NCBI GenBank assembly: GCA_902799765.1
Contig: CADCBZ010000002.1
Location: 39,967 to 103,966 of the forward strand
DNA length: 64,000 nucleotides
Source of the DNA: an uncultured Prevotellaceae bacterium
GTDB taxonomy: Bacteria; Bacteroidota; Bacteroidia; Bacteroidales; Bacteroidaceae
Direction of reading: 5' to 3'
Below the pieces are notes generated by a model. It was not told the DNA's origin and made no database searches. It saw only the letters and a program-made list of their open reading frames with translations. How positions within the stretch are numbered: the first letter of the stretch is position 1; the number at the start of each line of letters is the position of its first letter. A program made the translations under genes and the position numbers. Shown here piece by piece: positions 1 through 9,534 of the stretch.

Positions 1-401
1 AGTTCTGCGAAATACTGAATGAAGTCGCACTTTGACCTTTCGTTTTGTGCAGCTTGCTCTGCCTCCGTATCTGTGTACAAAGCCTGATTGTCGTATTCGT
101 GCTGACGGAGGTCACGTACTTTGTCGGCAAAGATACAAGCCTCCTGGTCTTTTTGTGAGCGGCACATGATGATTCCATTGGTATCACGCTTGGGACGATA
201 GTATGCCTTGCCATCGGATAATGTTCTTCCAGAACTATTCTTATCAAAGATGGGGGTCGTTATATAGCGACCAAGTGGCTCATGCTTGCGAAGTGGTTTG
301 TCTTTGCCAGGCTCAAAGACAGGAAAACTTTCAATGAGCAATGACCACTGCTCTTTGTATTCGGATTTGCGGAGTATTACCTTGAATACCGTACGCTTCA
401 T
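1..401 (-). CDS. Tyrosine recombinase/integrase, N-terminal part only; the gene runs off the left edge of the window
   Basis: My own translation of the minus strand from the ATG at 399-401 gives MKRTVFKVILRKSEYKEQWSLLIESFPVFEPGKDKPLRKHEPLGRYITTPIFDKNSSGRTLSDGKAYYRPKRDTNGIIMCRSQKDQEACIFADKVRDLRQHEYDN...CDFIQYFAEL, open to position 1. The ORF track omits it because no stop lies in the window. It resembles the arm-binding N-terminus of Bacteroidota integrases as I remember them. The catalytic domain is not visible. Confidence 0.55.
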   Translation of the reverse strand, partial: MKRTVFKVILRKSEYKEQWSLLIESFPVFEPGKDKPLRKHEPLGRYITTPIFDKNSSGRTLSDGKAYYRPKRDTNGIIMCRSQKDQEACIFADKVRDLRQHEYDNQALYTDTEAEQAAQNERSKCDFIQYFAE

Positions 402-888
402 AGATGGAGAACTTGCGGATATGCGCCCATACGGATGAATCATGAATTCTGAACTTCTTCGAGATTTCTCCGATGGTATAGCAATTCTCTGGTTCCATAT
501 TATAGGTCTTAGGAATGGGCTTTTGAGCGGCCTTTCTTACTTTCTTTCTTCTTGGATAACGCTGTTCAAGGTCTGCACGATTCAACCTCAATTGCTTTGT
601 ACCAAGATTGACAGAAGGAATCTTGCCCTTGCGAATCTCGCGATACAAGGTGTCACGCTCTACACAATAAATGGCAACGGCTTCTTGAACAGAAAGGAAT
701 TCTCTAATTTCTGGAATCTCTTTCGCCAATTGCTCATACCTGGCTTCTTTAGCCTCTCGATCCTTCTTCCTTTTGTAGGCAACATCGGAGCATTGTTTGG
801 AACAGTACACCGAGTCGATGGTGCGTATCTGGAACACCGCACCACAGATAGGGCATTTTCTTCTGATTTCGTATTTCGCTTGTGCCAT
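331..888 (-). CDS. Zinc-ribbon plus double helix-turn-helix (excisionase/MerR-like) DNA-binding protein of a mobile element
   Basis: 185-aa ORF. It has an N-terminal CPICG...CSKQC zinc-ribbon-like motif. Two HTH-like segments follow: LSVQEAVAIYCVERDTLYREIRKGKIP and YTIGEISKKFRIHDSSVWAHIRKFSI. It lies directly upstream of the integrase and overlaps it by 71 nt. Confidence 0.6.
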   Translation of the reverse strand: MAQAKYEIRRKCPICGAVFQIRTIDSVYCSKQCSDVAYKRKKDREAKEARYEQLAKEIPEIREFLSVQEAVAIYCVERDTLYREIRKGKIPSVNLGTKQLRLNRADLEQRYPRRKKVRKAAQKPIPKTYNMEPENCYTIGEISKKFRIHDSSVWAHIRKFSIYEAYGIQGNTPQIRIQRAVVIAH

Positions 889-1021
889 ATATTATATATA
901 ATAAGGTATATTATTATATTTGTTGAACTTCACCGACCAATGTATCGCGTGAACGATTTGGTGCAAATTTACGATAAAAATCCGAAATCAGAGCCAAATA
1001 TACAAAGTTTAACTAAAAACA

Positions 1022-1055
1022 AAATCCCGCATAACTACTTGAGTTATACGGGATT
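1022..1055 (-). terminator. Rho-independent terminator of dnaK
   Basis: Hairpin aaatcccgcataac/gttatacgggattt with one G-U position, about 30 nt downstream of the dnaK stop. A T-rich run follows on the minus strand. Confidence 0.6.
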
Positions 1056-1086
1056 TCTATAATTGCTTGTTATTTGCTTATCAAAC

Positions 1087-3006
1087 TTACTTCACCTCCT
1101 CGAAGTCAGCGTCCTGGATATCGTCGGCTTTTGGACCGGCATTCTGCTGGGTCTGCTGCTGACCTCCCTGATAGGTGTCGCCACCAGGCTGACCGGCTGC
1201 GCCGCTCTGCTGATACATCTGCTGTGAAGCAGTCTGCCAAGCGTTGTTCAGGGCTGCGATAGCGGTGTCGATAGCGTTGATGTCACCAGCCTTGTGGGCA
1301 TCCTTCAACTGCTGGAGAGCCTGTTCGATGGCGGGCTTGTGCTCTGCAGGAATCTTGTCGCCGATCTCCTTCAACTGGTTCTCAGTCTGGAAGATCATCG
1401 AGTCGGCCTGGTTCAGCTTATCCACGCGCTCGCGCTCCTTCTTATCGTTCTCGGCATTCTGCTCAGCCTCGGCCTTCATGCGGTTGATCTCGTCCTGTGA
1501 CAGACCAGATGAAGCCTCGATGCGGATGGCCTGCTCCTTACCAGTGGCCTTATCCTTGGCAGATACCTTCAGGATACCGTTGGCATCGATATCGAAGGTC
1601 ACCTCGATCTGAGGAATACCACGACGGGCAGGTGCGATACCTGTCAGGTTGAACTGACCGATACTCTTGTTCTGAGAAGCCATCGGACGCTCACCCTGCA
1701 GCACGTGGATCGTCACTTCTGTCTGATTGTCAGCTGCAGTAGAGAAGGTCTCACTCTTCTTGCAAGGAATAGTAGTGTTGGCCTCGATCAACTTGGTCAT
1801 CACACCACCCATGGTCTCGATACCCAGTGTCAGCGGAGTCACGTCGAGCAGCACGATGTCGCCTACGCCACCTTCCTTGTTCAGGATAGCACCCTGGATA
1901 GAAGCACCAACGGCTACCACCTCGTCAGGGTTCACACCCTTTGAAGGCTCCTTGCCGAAGTAGTTCTTCACGAGGGTCTGCACGGCAGGGATACGGCTTG
2001 AACCACCTACGAGGATCACCTCGTCGATATCGGAAGTATTCAGCTTGGCATCTGCCATGGCCTTCTGACAGGGAGCCAGACAAGCCTGGATCAGATCGTG
2101 AGCCAGCTGCTCGAACTTCGCACGAGTCAGGGTCTTCACCAAGTGCTTAGGTACACCGCCTACAGGCATGATGTAAGGCAGGTTAATCTCTGTAGAGGTA
2201 GAAGAAGACAACTCAATCTTAGCCTTCTCGGCAGCCTCCTTCAGACGCTGCATAGCCATCGGATCATCCTTCAGGTTAGCACCCTCGTCGTTCTTGAACT
2301 CCTGAACGAGCCAGTCGATGATCACCTGGTCGAAGTCATCACCACCAAGGTGGGTATCACCATTGGTAGAGAGTACCTCGAACACACCACCACCGAACTC
2401 GAGGATAGAGATATCGAAGGTACCACCACCAAGGTCGAACACAGCGATCTTCATATCCTTGTTGGCCTTATCGACACCATATGCCAAAGCGGCAGCTGTG
2501 GGCTCGTTGACGATACGCTTCACATCAAGACCGGCAATCTGACCAGCCTCCTTGGTGGCCTGACGCTGAGAGTCAGAGAAGTAGGCAGGTACAGTGATGA
2601 CAGCCTCTGTTACCTCCTGTCCGAGATAATCCTCAGCGGTCTTCTTCATCTTCTGCAGCACCATGGCGCTGATCTCCTGCGGTGTATATTTACGTCCGTT
2701 GATGTCAACACGGGGATAACCACCCTCGTTCACAACAGAATAAGGTACGCGGGCAATCTCCTTCTCGGTCTGCTGCCAGTTCTCACCCATAAAACGCTTG
2801 ATTGAATAAACCGTGTTCTTTGGGTTGGTAATAGCCTGACGCTTGGCAGGATCACCGATCTTTCTCTCACCATTCTCTACAAAACCAACGACTGAAGGTG
2901 TTGTACGCTTACCCTCGCTGTTGGCAATTACTACTGGCTCGTTACCTTCGAATACGGCAACGCAGCTGTTCGTAGTTCCTAAATCAATTCCAATAATCTT
3001 TCCCAT
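1087..3006 (-). CDS. dnaK: Molecular chaperone DnaK (Hsp70)
   Basis: 639 aa with canonical Hsp70 signatures: [35 protein letters not shown], and an acidic tail ending DADFEEVK. Confidence 0.98.
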   Translation of the reverse strand: MGKIIGIDLGTTNSCVAVFEGNEPVVIANSEGKRTTPSVVGFVENGERKIGDPAKRQAITNPKNTVYSIKRFMGENWQQTEKEIARVPYSVVNEGGYPRVDINGRKYTPQEISAMVLQKMKKTAEDYLGQEVTEAVITVPAYFSDSQRQATKEAGQIAGLDVKRIVNEPTAAALAYGVDKANKDMKIAVFDLGGGTFDISILEFGGGVFEVLSTNGDTHLGGDDFDQVIIDWLVQEFKNDEGANLKDDPMAMQRLKEAAEKAKIELSSSTSTEINLPYIMPVGGVPKHLVKTLTRAKFEQLAHDLIQACLAPCQKAMADAKLNTSDIDEVILVGGSSRIPAVQTLVKNYFGKEPSKGVNPDEVVAVGASIQGAILNKEGGVGDIVLLDVTPLTLGIETMGGVMTKLIEANTTIPCKKSETFSTAADNQTEVTIHVLQGERPMASQNKSIGQFNLTGIAPARRGIPQIEVTFDIDANGILKVSAKDKATGKEQAIRIEASSGLSQDEINRMKAEAEQNAENDKKERERVDKLNQADSMIFQTENQLKEIGDKIPAEHKPAIEQALQQLKDAHKAGDINAIDTAIAALNNAWQTASQQMYQQSGAAGQPGGDTYQGGQQQTQQNAGPKADDIQDADFEEVK

Positions 3007-3064
3007 AATTCTTATATTTTATTTGTTATTAATTTCAAAATGTCAGTAACCGTTGTGCAAACCA

Positions 3065-3120
3065 TGTGCCAAAATGGCGAAAATGAGGAAATTTATCACC
3101 TGTCACGTCATTTTGGCACA
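3065..3120. promoter_or_regulatory. Perfect 12-bp inverted repeat with a 32-nt spacer in the dnaK upstream region
   Basis: tgtgccaaaatg (3065-3076) and cattttggcaca (3109-3120) are exact reverse complements. They lie 59-114 nt upstream of the dnaK start. Confidence 0.3.
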
Positions 3121-3149
3121 AATTATTTGGGAGTTTAGCTGATTTATGT

Positions 3150-3157
3150 TATCTTTG
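3150..3157 (+). promoter_or_regulatory. Bacteroidota -7 promoter box (TAnnTTTG)
   Basis: TATCTTTG ends 37 nt upstream of the ATG at 3195. Confidence 0.45.
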
Positions 3158-3194
3158 CACACAGAATTCTATTTTTATAAAACTGTCGATAGTC

Positions 3195-4598
3195 ATGAAA
3201 AGAACGCTTTTAGCAACCTGTTTGGCTTTCCTCTTGACGACAGCCTATGCGCAGGAGAACTCCTATATCGTGAAGACGAGTGGGGTGCTGGATGGCACGC
3301 GCCTGGAGGCTGCGAACCAGGAGGAGGAGACCGCCATCGATTTCATCAGTCAGAACTTCAAGTTCCAAAGCCTTTGCGACTGGCAGGAAGGTATGAAGTT
3401 CATGGTGATCCCCGATGAGTATGATATGGTGGTGAAGACTTTCACGGATGCTCGCACCGATAAGGATGTGAGCAATGTGAAGTTGCGTCATAAGATCATG
3501 GTCTATTTGGGCCACGAGGAGGATAAGGATGGCCATGAGCGAATTAATTTCCGCTGTCAGGACGATAAACGAATCTACTATTATGAGATTCCGAGTGAGA
3601 CGTTCGACGATTATTGCTTTAATAATCTGGGTGTGCCCACTTTGGCCTATCTGGGTGATGTGGATATTGCCCGTGAGAAACTGGTCGGTAAGGATGTCTA
3701 TACGAAGACTAACCTCTATCGGGTTGACACCGAGATAGATGGTGATGGCTATTTAGACGTGCTGGTGGACAAGGATATGGTGGTAAAAGTGAAGACCGTC
3801 GGCGTCGGTACGCGTGATTTCCCCGTGAAGATCATCGTGGAAGATCAGGATGGTAATGAGTTCTATCAGAATGTCGCTATCTCAAAGACCAACTGTAGTC
3901 TGAACGACGATGACTTTGTGAATGAGAATGCCAAGTATCTGTTTGGCAATTCCTTCGAGCTGGTAGAGGATGTGCTGAATATCAACAGTGTCAACTACAA
4001 ACAGTTCCTGGGTAAGATTATCCACACGAAGTTCCCCACGAAGCTGTTGAACGAATTCTCTAAGAAGATGCAGTCGATTCCCCGTCTGACCGAATATCAG
4101 ATAGAGGCGATGAACCCGCATAAGAACGATGATAAATTCACGCTGAAGTTGAAGAATACGACACTGGGTACTTATTTTTATATCGACATGCTGTTGGATG
4201 AGCATCTTGCACAGGATCAGTCGGAGTATTTCGGTTATATCTTCGCTCTTGGTCCTGGAAAGAAGATCGAGACTTCTGAGGGTAGTCGTGCAATGATGCG
4301 TGCCGGACACGTCGGCATCGGCTTCACTGAGGATGAGACGATGATGGCTGCCGGTGAACCTGACAGGGTGATCAATGGCGAAAACGGTCTTTATACCTGG
4401 GTTTACCAGCGTTCGAACAATAAGCTGCTCTATGTGGATTTTAATGGTTCTGGTGTTGTGACGAAGACCTATACCCGTGATAATAATGCCAAACCGGGAG
4501 GTGGTGCTGCTGCAACTAGTCGTCATAGTAGTAGTGCTGCCAGACAGGCTGCCAGATCATCTATGGGCTGGGGTGGTAAAGGAACGCCTATCGAATAA
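3195..4598 (+). CDS. Secreted hypothetical protein
   Basis: 467-aa ORF with a signal peptide (MKRTLLATCLAFLLTTAYAQ) and a low-complexity Gly/Ala/Ser/Arg tail. I recognise no family. Confidence 0.7.
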   Translation: MKRTLLATCLAFLLTTAYAQENSYIVKTSGVLDGTRLEAANQEEETAIDFISQNFKFQSLCDWQEGMKFMVIPDEYDMVVKTFTDARTDKDVSNVKLRHKIMVYLGHEEDKDGHERINFRCQDDKRIYYYEIPSETFDDYCFNNLGVPTLAYLGDVDIAREKLVGKDVYTKTNLYRVDTEIDGDGYLDVLVDKDMVVKVKTVGVGTRDFPVKIIVEDQDGNEFYQNVAISKTNCSLNDDDFVNENAKYLFGNSFELVEDVLNINSVNYKQFLGKIIHTKFPTKLLNEFSKKMQSIPRLTEYQIEAMNPHKNDDKFTLKLKNTTLGTYFYIDMLLDEHLAQDQSEYFGYIFALGPGKKIETSEGSRAMMRAGHVGIGFTEDETMMAAGEPDRVINGENGLYTWVYQRSNNKLLYVDFNGSGVVTKTYTRDNNAKPGGGAAATSRHSSSAARQAARSSMGWGGKGTPIE

Positions 4599-4605
4599 AC
4601 AATAT

Positions 4606-4643
4606 AAAAAGAATTCCCAACCAAGCGGTTGGGAATTCTTTTT
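4606..4643. terminator. Bidirectional rho-independent terminator between convergent genes
   Basis: Perfect 17-bp stem aaaaagaattcccaacc / ggttgggaattcttttt with loop aagc. A/T runs flank both sides. It sits between the 3195-4598 gene and recA. Confidence 0.8.
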
Positions 4644-4646
4644 TGT

Positions 4647-5672
4647 CTATGCCTTATCGGTGATGGCCTGCATGATCTTGGCCTCCAGCTCGTCGCAGAG
4701 CTCCGGGTTGTCCTGCAACAGCGCCTTGGTGGCATCACGGCCTTGTGCCAATCTGGCATCTTCATAAGAGAACCAGGAGCCGCTCTTCTTGATGATGTTA
4801 TACTCCACACCTAAATCGACGATCTCACCGACCTTTGAGATGCCCTCGCCAAAGGTGATCTCAAACTCTGCCTTGCGGAAGGGGGGCGCTACCTTGTTCT
4901 TCACCACCTTCACCTTCACCAGGTTACCAATCACATTGTCACCGTCCTTGATCGACTGTGACTTACGGATGTCCAGACGGACAGAAGCGTAGAACTTCAG
5001 GGCGTTACCACCAGTGGTCGTCTCAGGGTTGCCGAACATCACCCCGATCTTCTCTCTCAACTGGTTGATGAAGATACAGGTGGTGTTGGTCTTCGAGATC
5101 GTTGAGGTGAGCTTACGCAGGGCTTGACTCATCAGACGTGCCTGCAGACCGACGGCAGAGTCGCCCATGTCACCCTCGATCTCCTTCTTAGGTGTCAGGG
5201 CTGCCACAGAGTCGATGACGATAATGTCGATGGCACTTGAACGAATCAGCTGATCGGCAATCTCCAGGGCCTGTTCACCATTGTCCGGCTGAGAGATATA
5301 CAGGTTGTCGATATCCACACCCAGGTTCGCGGCATAGAAACGGTCGAATGCATGCTCTGCGTCGATGAAGGCTGCGATACCACCAGCCTTCTGACACTCG
5401 GCAATGGCGTGGATGGCCAAGGTGGTCTTACCGGATGACTCCGGACCGTAGATCTCGATGATACGTCCCTTGGGGTAGCCACCTACGCCGAGTGCTGCAT
5501 TCAGACCGATACTACCTGTGGGGATCACCTCCACATTCTCTATCTTCTCTTCACCCATGCGCATGATGGAGCCTTTGCCGAAGTCTTTTTCGATTTTCAA
5601 CATGGCAGCCTGCAGCGCCTTCATTTTCTCCTGTTGCGGGCTCAAAGCCTCGCCTTCTTTTTCTTTCGCCAT
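4647..5672 (-). CDS. recA: Recombinase RecA
   Basis: 341 aa with Walker [10 protein letters not shown] and typical RecA blocks ([20 protein letters not shown]). Confidence 0.98.
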   Translation of the reverse strand: MAKEKEGEALSPQQEKMKALQAAMLKIEKDFGKGSIMRMGEEKIENVEVIPTGSIGLNAALGVGGYPKGRIIEIYGPESSGKTTLAIHAIAECQKAGGIAAFIDAEHAFDRFYAANLGVDIDNLYISQPDNGEQALEIADQLIRSSAIDIIVIDSVAALTPKKEIEGDMGDSAVGLQARLMSQALRKLTSTISKTNTTCIFINQLREKIGVMFGNPETTTGGNALKFYASVRLDIRKSQSIKDGDNVIGNLVKVKVVKNKVAPPFRKAEFEITFGEGISKVGEIVDLGVEYNIIKKSGSWFSYEDARLAQGRDATKALLQDNPELCDELEAKIMQAITDKA

Positions 5673-5703
5673 AGCTTTTAGAAATTTAAGCGTTAATAAT
5701 TAA

Positions 5704-6939
5704 TTATAATTCGAGGTCGCCATCAAACACTTCGTGCCAAGGCAGACCTTGTTTGTTCAGTTGTTCCATAAACGGATCGGGATCGAAGTCCTCTACGTTC
5801 CATACACCGGGCTTCTTCCAGAGTCCCTTCACGAACATCATCGCACCGATCATGGCAGGTACGCCCGTGGTGTAACTCACGCCCTGCATACCCGTCTCCT
5901 TGTAAGCCTCCTGGTGCTTGCAGTTGTTATAGACATAGTAGGTGTGCTCCTGACCATCTTTGATACCACGGATACGACAGCCGATAGAGGTCTCACCCTC
6001 GTAGTTCTCACCCAGATCCTGGGGGTTGGGCAGTACAGCCTTCAGGAACTGCAGGGGGACGATCTTCACCTTGGCTGTACCTGAACCATCAGCCAACGGT
6101 GCTTCATATTCGATCTCGTCGATGCGGCTCATGCCGATGTTCTGAATCACGTCGAGGTGCTTTAGATACTGCTCGCCGAAGGTCATCCAGAAACGCCCCT
6201 GTTTGATGGTGGGGTAGTTCTTTACCAAGCTCTCCAGCTCCTCATGATGCAGCAGATAGCTCTCACGCGGTCCGATGTTGGGATAGGTGAGGGGCTTGTG
6301 GATCTCCAACGGCTCAGTCTCAATCCACTGGCCGTCCTTATAGTAGAGGCCCTTCTGGGTGATCTCGCGGATATTGATCTCCGGATTGAAGTTCGTGGCG
6401 AAAGCATGGTGGTGGTCACCGGCGTTACAGTCCACGATGTCGAGATAGTGGATCTCGTCGAAGTGGTGCTTGGCGGCATAGGCGGTATAGACGCCGCTCA
6501 CGCCTGGATCGAAACCGCAGCCGAGGATGGCGGTCAGACCAGCCTGCTCAAAACGGTCCTTGTAGGCCCACTGCCAGGAGTATTCGAAGTGTGCCTCGTC
6601 CTTCGGCTCGTAGTTGGCCGTGTCGAGGTAGTTGCAGCCGCAAGCCAGACAGGCATCCATGATGGTCAGATCCTGATAGGGCAGGGCGAGGTTGATCACG
6701 AGTTCTGGCTGGTAGCTGTTGAAGAGAGCCTTCAACTGCTCCACATCGTCCGCATCCACCTGTGCCGTCTGGATGTCCATCTTGTAACCTGCCTTGTGGA
6801 TAGCCTCCACGATCTTGTCGCACTTCGCCTTTCTGCGACTGGCGATCATAAAGTCGGTAAACACATCAGCATTCTGGGCAATCTTGAATGCTGCTACCGT
6901 AGCGACGCCACCGGCGCCAATCATTAATACTTTTGCCAT
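5704..6939 (-). CDS. Saccharopine dehydrogenase family protein, likely carboxynorspermidine dehydrogenase (polyamine synthesis)
   Basis: 411 aa with an N-terminal Rossmann motif (VLMIGAGGV). Length and sequence resemble the Bacteroidales CANSDH-type proteins I recall. No decarboxylase partner is present in the window. Confidence 0.75.
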   Translation of the reverse strand: MAKVLMIGAGGVATVAAFKIAQNADVFTDFMIASRRKAKCDKIVEAIHKAGYKMDIQTAQVDADDVEQLKALFNSYQPELVINLALPYQDLTIMDACLACGCNYLDTANYEPKDEAHFEYSWQWAYKDRFEQAGLTAILGCGFDPGVSGVYTAYAAKHHFDEIHYLDIVDCNAGDHHHAFATNFNPEINIREITQKGLYYKDGQWIETEPLEIHKPLTYPNIGPRESYLLHHEELESLVKNYPTIKQGRFWMTFGEQYLKHLDVIQNIGMSRIDEIEYEAPLADGSGTAKVKIVPLQFLKAVLPNPQDLGENYEGETSIGCRIRGIKDGQEHTYYVYNNCKHQEAYKETGMQGVSYTTGVPAMIGAMMFVKGLWKKPGVWNVEDFDPDPFMEQLNKQGLPWHEVFDGDLEL

Positions 6940-6966
6940 ATCTTTACTTTTTTACCTTTTTACTTT

Positions 6967-7572
6967 TTACTTCACATTTCTCACTTCATCTCCCTTGATG
7001 CCAAGGGCTGCCATCAGCGAGTAACCCAGGATCTCCTGACGATAATTTCCGCTAGTCAGGGGCTGCATGGCGAAGAGTGTCATACGCTTCTCCTCGTCAT
7101 CTACCTGTCTGAGTGTTTCGCGTACCTTGTTATATATGGTCTCATCCTCCAGATTGGGAACCACCATCACACGCTTCACCTCCTTCTGGGCTGTCACCAG
7201 TGACAATACCTCGGTGAAAAAGTCCTCACCACCGGCGATCTGTTCGATGGGGTAGGCATTGATGGCAAACTCACCCAGATGATCCTTGAAGGCTTTGCCG
7301 TCGAGTTCCTCAAAGGCGCCTGGCACGAAGTTCTCCAGACTTTGCTTTTCTTTCTGGTGGATGAGTACCACCAACGTCTCGTGCTCGCCCTCCCGGATGC
7401 CACCATCCAGTGCCACACAGTCAATCCAGCGGGCAATGTCTGCCTGAGGGATCCTGCGCCCTAACATCCGTTCAAAGTTCACGATGAGGTTGAATGCGAC
7501 CCTGTCGATGTAGTCGGCATCGGCAAGGATTACATTTTCACTCCATCTGACCTCTTGTAAATTGTTGTTCAT
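6967..7572 (-). CDS. Conserved hypothetical protein
   Basis: I start this ORF at the internal Met (MNNNLQEVRW...; 201 aa). The upstream extension in the ORF track runs through a TAACTTTG promoter box and low-complexity sequence. Confidence 0.65.
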   Translation of the reverse strand: MNNNLQEVRWSENVILADADYIDRVAFNLIVNFERMLGRRIPQADIARWIDCVALDGGIREGEHETLVVLIHQKEKQSLENFVPGAFEELDGKAFKDHLGEFAINAYPIEQIAGGEDFFTEVLSLVTAQKEVKRVMVVPNLEDETIYNKVRETLRQVDDEEKRMTLFAMQPLTSGNYRQEILGYSLMAALGIKGDEVRNVK

Positions 7573-7580
7573 ATTGTGTG

Positions 7581-7588
7581 CAAAGTTA
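7581..7588 (-). promoter_or_regulatory. -7 promoter box TAACTTTG for the 6967-7572 gene
   Basis: Minus-strand TAACTTTG lies just upstream of the ATG at 7570-7572. Confidence 0.4.
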
Positions 7589-7662
7589 CAAGATTTTGCA
7601 GACAATACAAAATTATTTTGGCTTTTTTTGTTTTCGAATGTACACTTCTCACTTCTTTTTTG

Positions 7663-7670
7663 TACCTTTG
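7663..7670 (+). promoter_or_regulatory. -7 promoter box TACCTTTG for nhaD
   Basis: TACCTTTG lies about 40 nt upstream of the ATG at 7710. Confidence 0.45.
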
Positions 7671-7709
7671 CATGCAAATTCAAACAATATTTAAAAATTT
7701 GCAAATCAA

Positions 7710-9041
7710 ATGTCAACATTAACAGTTCTGATTGTCTTTGTTTTCTGTGCTGGCTACCTGTGTATAGCCTTGGAGAGCCTGACAAGAGTCAACAAGGCAG
7801 CTGTTGCCCTGCTGATGTGTGTGTGCTGTTGGACCCTGCTCATGATGGGGCCGGCAGCTTATTACCCCGCAGTTCCTGGCGAGGAGGTGGTTCACCACAT
7901 TGCTGAGGTCATTGAGCATCACTTAGGTGATGCCGCCGGTACCTTGTTCTTTCTGATGGGTGCCATGACCATCGTGGAGATTGTTGACTCCAACGGTGGC
8001 TTCAACTTCGTGCGCGACACGATGAAGACGCGCTCCAAACGGAAACTGATGTGGCGTATGGTCTTTATGACCTTCTTCCTCTCAGCCATCCTCGACAACC
8101 TCACCACTTCGATTGTGATGATCATGGTGCTCCGCAAACTTGTGCAGAGTCGTGGCGACCGTCTGATCTATGCGGCGCTGGTGGTGATTGCTGCCAACTC
8201 AGGTGGTGCTTTCTCGCCCATTGGTGATGTCACCACTATCATGCTATGGATCAAGGGTGTCATTACGACGCAGGGTGTGATTACCGAAATCTTCATCCCT
8301 TCACTGGTGTCGATGCTCGTTCCAGCCTTCATCCTGCAGTATCAGCTCAAGGGGAAGTTTGATAAGGAGAACAACTTGCCGAAGGCGGATGTCACCCAGT
8401 TTACGAAGGCGCAGCGCGACATCATCTTCTGGTTGGGTGTCGGTGGTCTCTGTTTCGTGCCGATCTTTAAAACACTCACCCATCTCCCGCCGTTCATGGG
8501 CATCCTCCTTGTCTTAGGCGTGCTCTGGACTGTGACGGAGATCTTCCATTATAACACCGCTGAAGACGATACGATGGCAAAGCGTGTGTCAGACCTCCTC
8601 TCGAAGATCGACCTCTCTACCATCATGTTCTTCTTAGGTATTCTGATGGCGGTAGCTGTGCTGCAGGAAGTCGGTGTGTTGACCATGATGGGCGGTGTGC
8701 TTGATTCAACCTTCGAGGGTAACCATTATCTGGTGACAGGTATCATCGGCGTTTTGTCTTCCATTGTGGACAATGTGCCCTTGGTGGCTGGTTGCATGGG
8801 TATGTATCCTGTCGCTGCAGCCGGTGACATGGCGGTGGATGGCATCTTCTGGCAGCTGTTGGCCTATTGTGCTGGTGTCGGTGGTTCGATGCTGATTATC
8901 GGCTCTGCTGCCGGTGTCGTGGTCATGGGTCTGGAGAAGATCACCTTCGGCTGGTATATGAAGAAGATCACGTGGGTGGCCTTTGCAGGCTACCTCGCGG
9001 GTATCTTCTGCTACTGGGCTGAGAAGACCTTCCTTTTCTAA
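7710..9041 (+). CDS. nhaD: Na+/H+ antiporter, NhaD/ArsB-type permease
   Basis: 443 aa and polytopic. The overall sequence resembles NhaD-family antiporters. Confidence 0.75.
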   Translation: MSTLTVLIVFVFCAGYLCIALESLTRVNKAAVALLMCVCCWTLLMMGPAAYYPAVPGEEVVHHIAEVIEHHLGDAAGTLFFLMGAMTIVEIVDSNGGFNFVRDTMKTRSKRKLMWRMVFMTFFLSAILDNLTTSIVMIMVLRKLVQSRGDRLIYAALVVIAANSGGAFSPIGDVTTIMLWIKGVITTQGVITEIFIPSLVSMLVPAFILQYQLKGKFDKENNLPKADVTQFTKAQRDIIFWLGVGGLCFVPIFKTLTHLPPFMGILLVLGVLWTVTEIFHYNTAEDDTMAKRVSDLLSKIDLSTIMFFLGILMAVAVLQEVGVLTMMGGVLDSTFEGNHYLVTGIIGVLSSIVDNVPLVAGCMGMYPVAAAGDMAVDGIFWQLLAYCAGVGGSMLIIGSAAGVVVMGLEKITFGWYMKKITWVAFAGYLAGIFCYWAEKTFLF

Positions 9042-9087
9042 GGAAGGCTTCTTTCATCATTGAAGGAAATAAAGCGCAGCCAACATC

Positions 9088-9498
9088 AAAAACGTCCTGA
9101 GCTCAGAGGCCGAAACCCTATTTTTTCAAATCACTCAATGAACTCGCTTTGCTCAGACAGCATTTCGTATTTCGTTGCTCAGATTGCTCATCGCAATCAG
9201 AGACTCAATATCGATTCAAAAAAATAGAATTTCTCTGAAGACCTCTTCGTGCGGAATGTTTTTGATATTGGCTACGCTTTGTCGATTACCGTACGATGTT
9301 GCCTGTTTCTTCGAATGAATTCTCAAAAACATTCCGCACGAAGAGGCATTTATAGGATGTACTATTATCGGAATCTTCTTCGATTCTTGTGTCGCGTAGC
9401 GAAACAAGCAAATCAACATGAGAAGCTGTTTGAGCGTAGCGAGTTCTTCGAATGATTACGATAATCGGACAACCGGCCTCCGAGCTCAGGACGTTTTT
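9088..9498. repeat. 411-bp nested inverted-repeat (foldback, MITE-like) element between convergent genes
   Basis: The outer 25-nt arms are 9088-9112 (aaaaacgtcctgagctcagaggccg) and 9474-9498 (cggcctccgagctcaggacgttttt), with 1 mismatch. The inner arms are a perfect 22-nt pair at 9242-9263 and 9325-9346, with a 61-nt loop. There is further imperfect arm-to-arm similarity (gaactcgctttgctcagacagc against gctgtttgagcgtagcgagttc). Confidence 0.6.
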
Positions 9499-9534
9499 GA
9501 GAATTTATTCGAAGAAAAATGCTTAGTCGAGATA

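Noticed and set aside
1244-2805. Several plus-strand ORFs (for example 1244-1612, 2098-2805 and 2318-2542) lying inside dnaK
   Set aside because: They are antisense to a canonical, full-length Hsp70 gene and have low-complexity, Leu/Ser/Arg-rich translations typical of shadow ORFs. The same reasoning applies to antisense ORFs inside recA, clpB, the kinases, fumarase, GH94 and the TonB receptor.
9216-9455. ORFs 9216-9419 (minus) and 9249-9455 (plus) in the nhaD / kinase intergenic region
   Set aside because: They mirror each other across the nested inverted repeat and have implausible sequences. They are best explained as artefacts of the palindromic foldback element.
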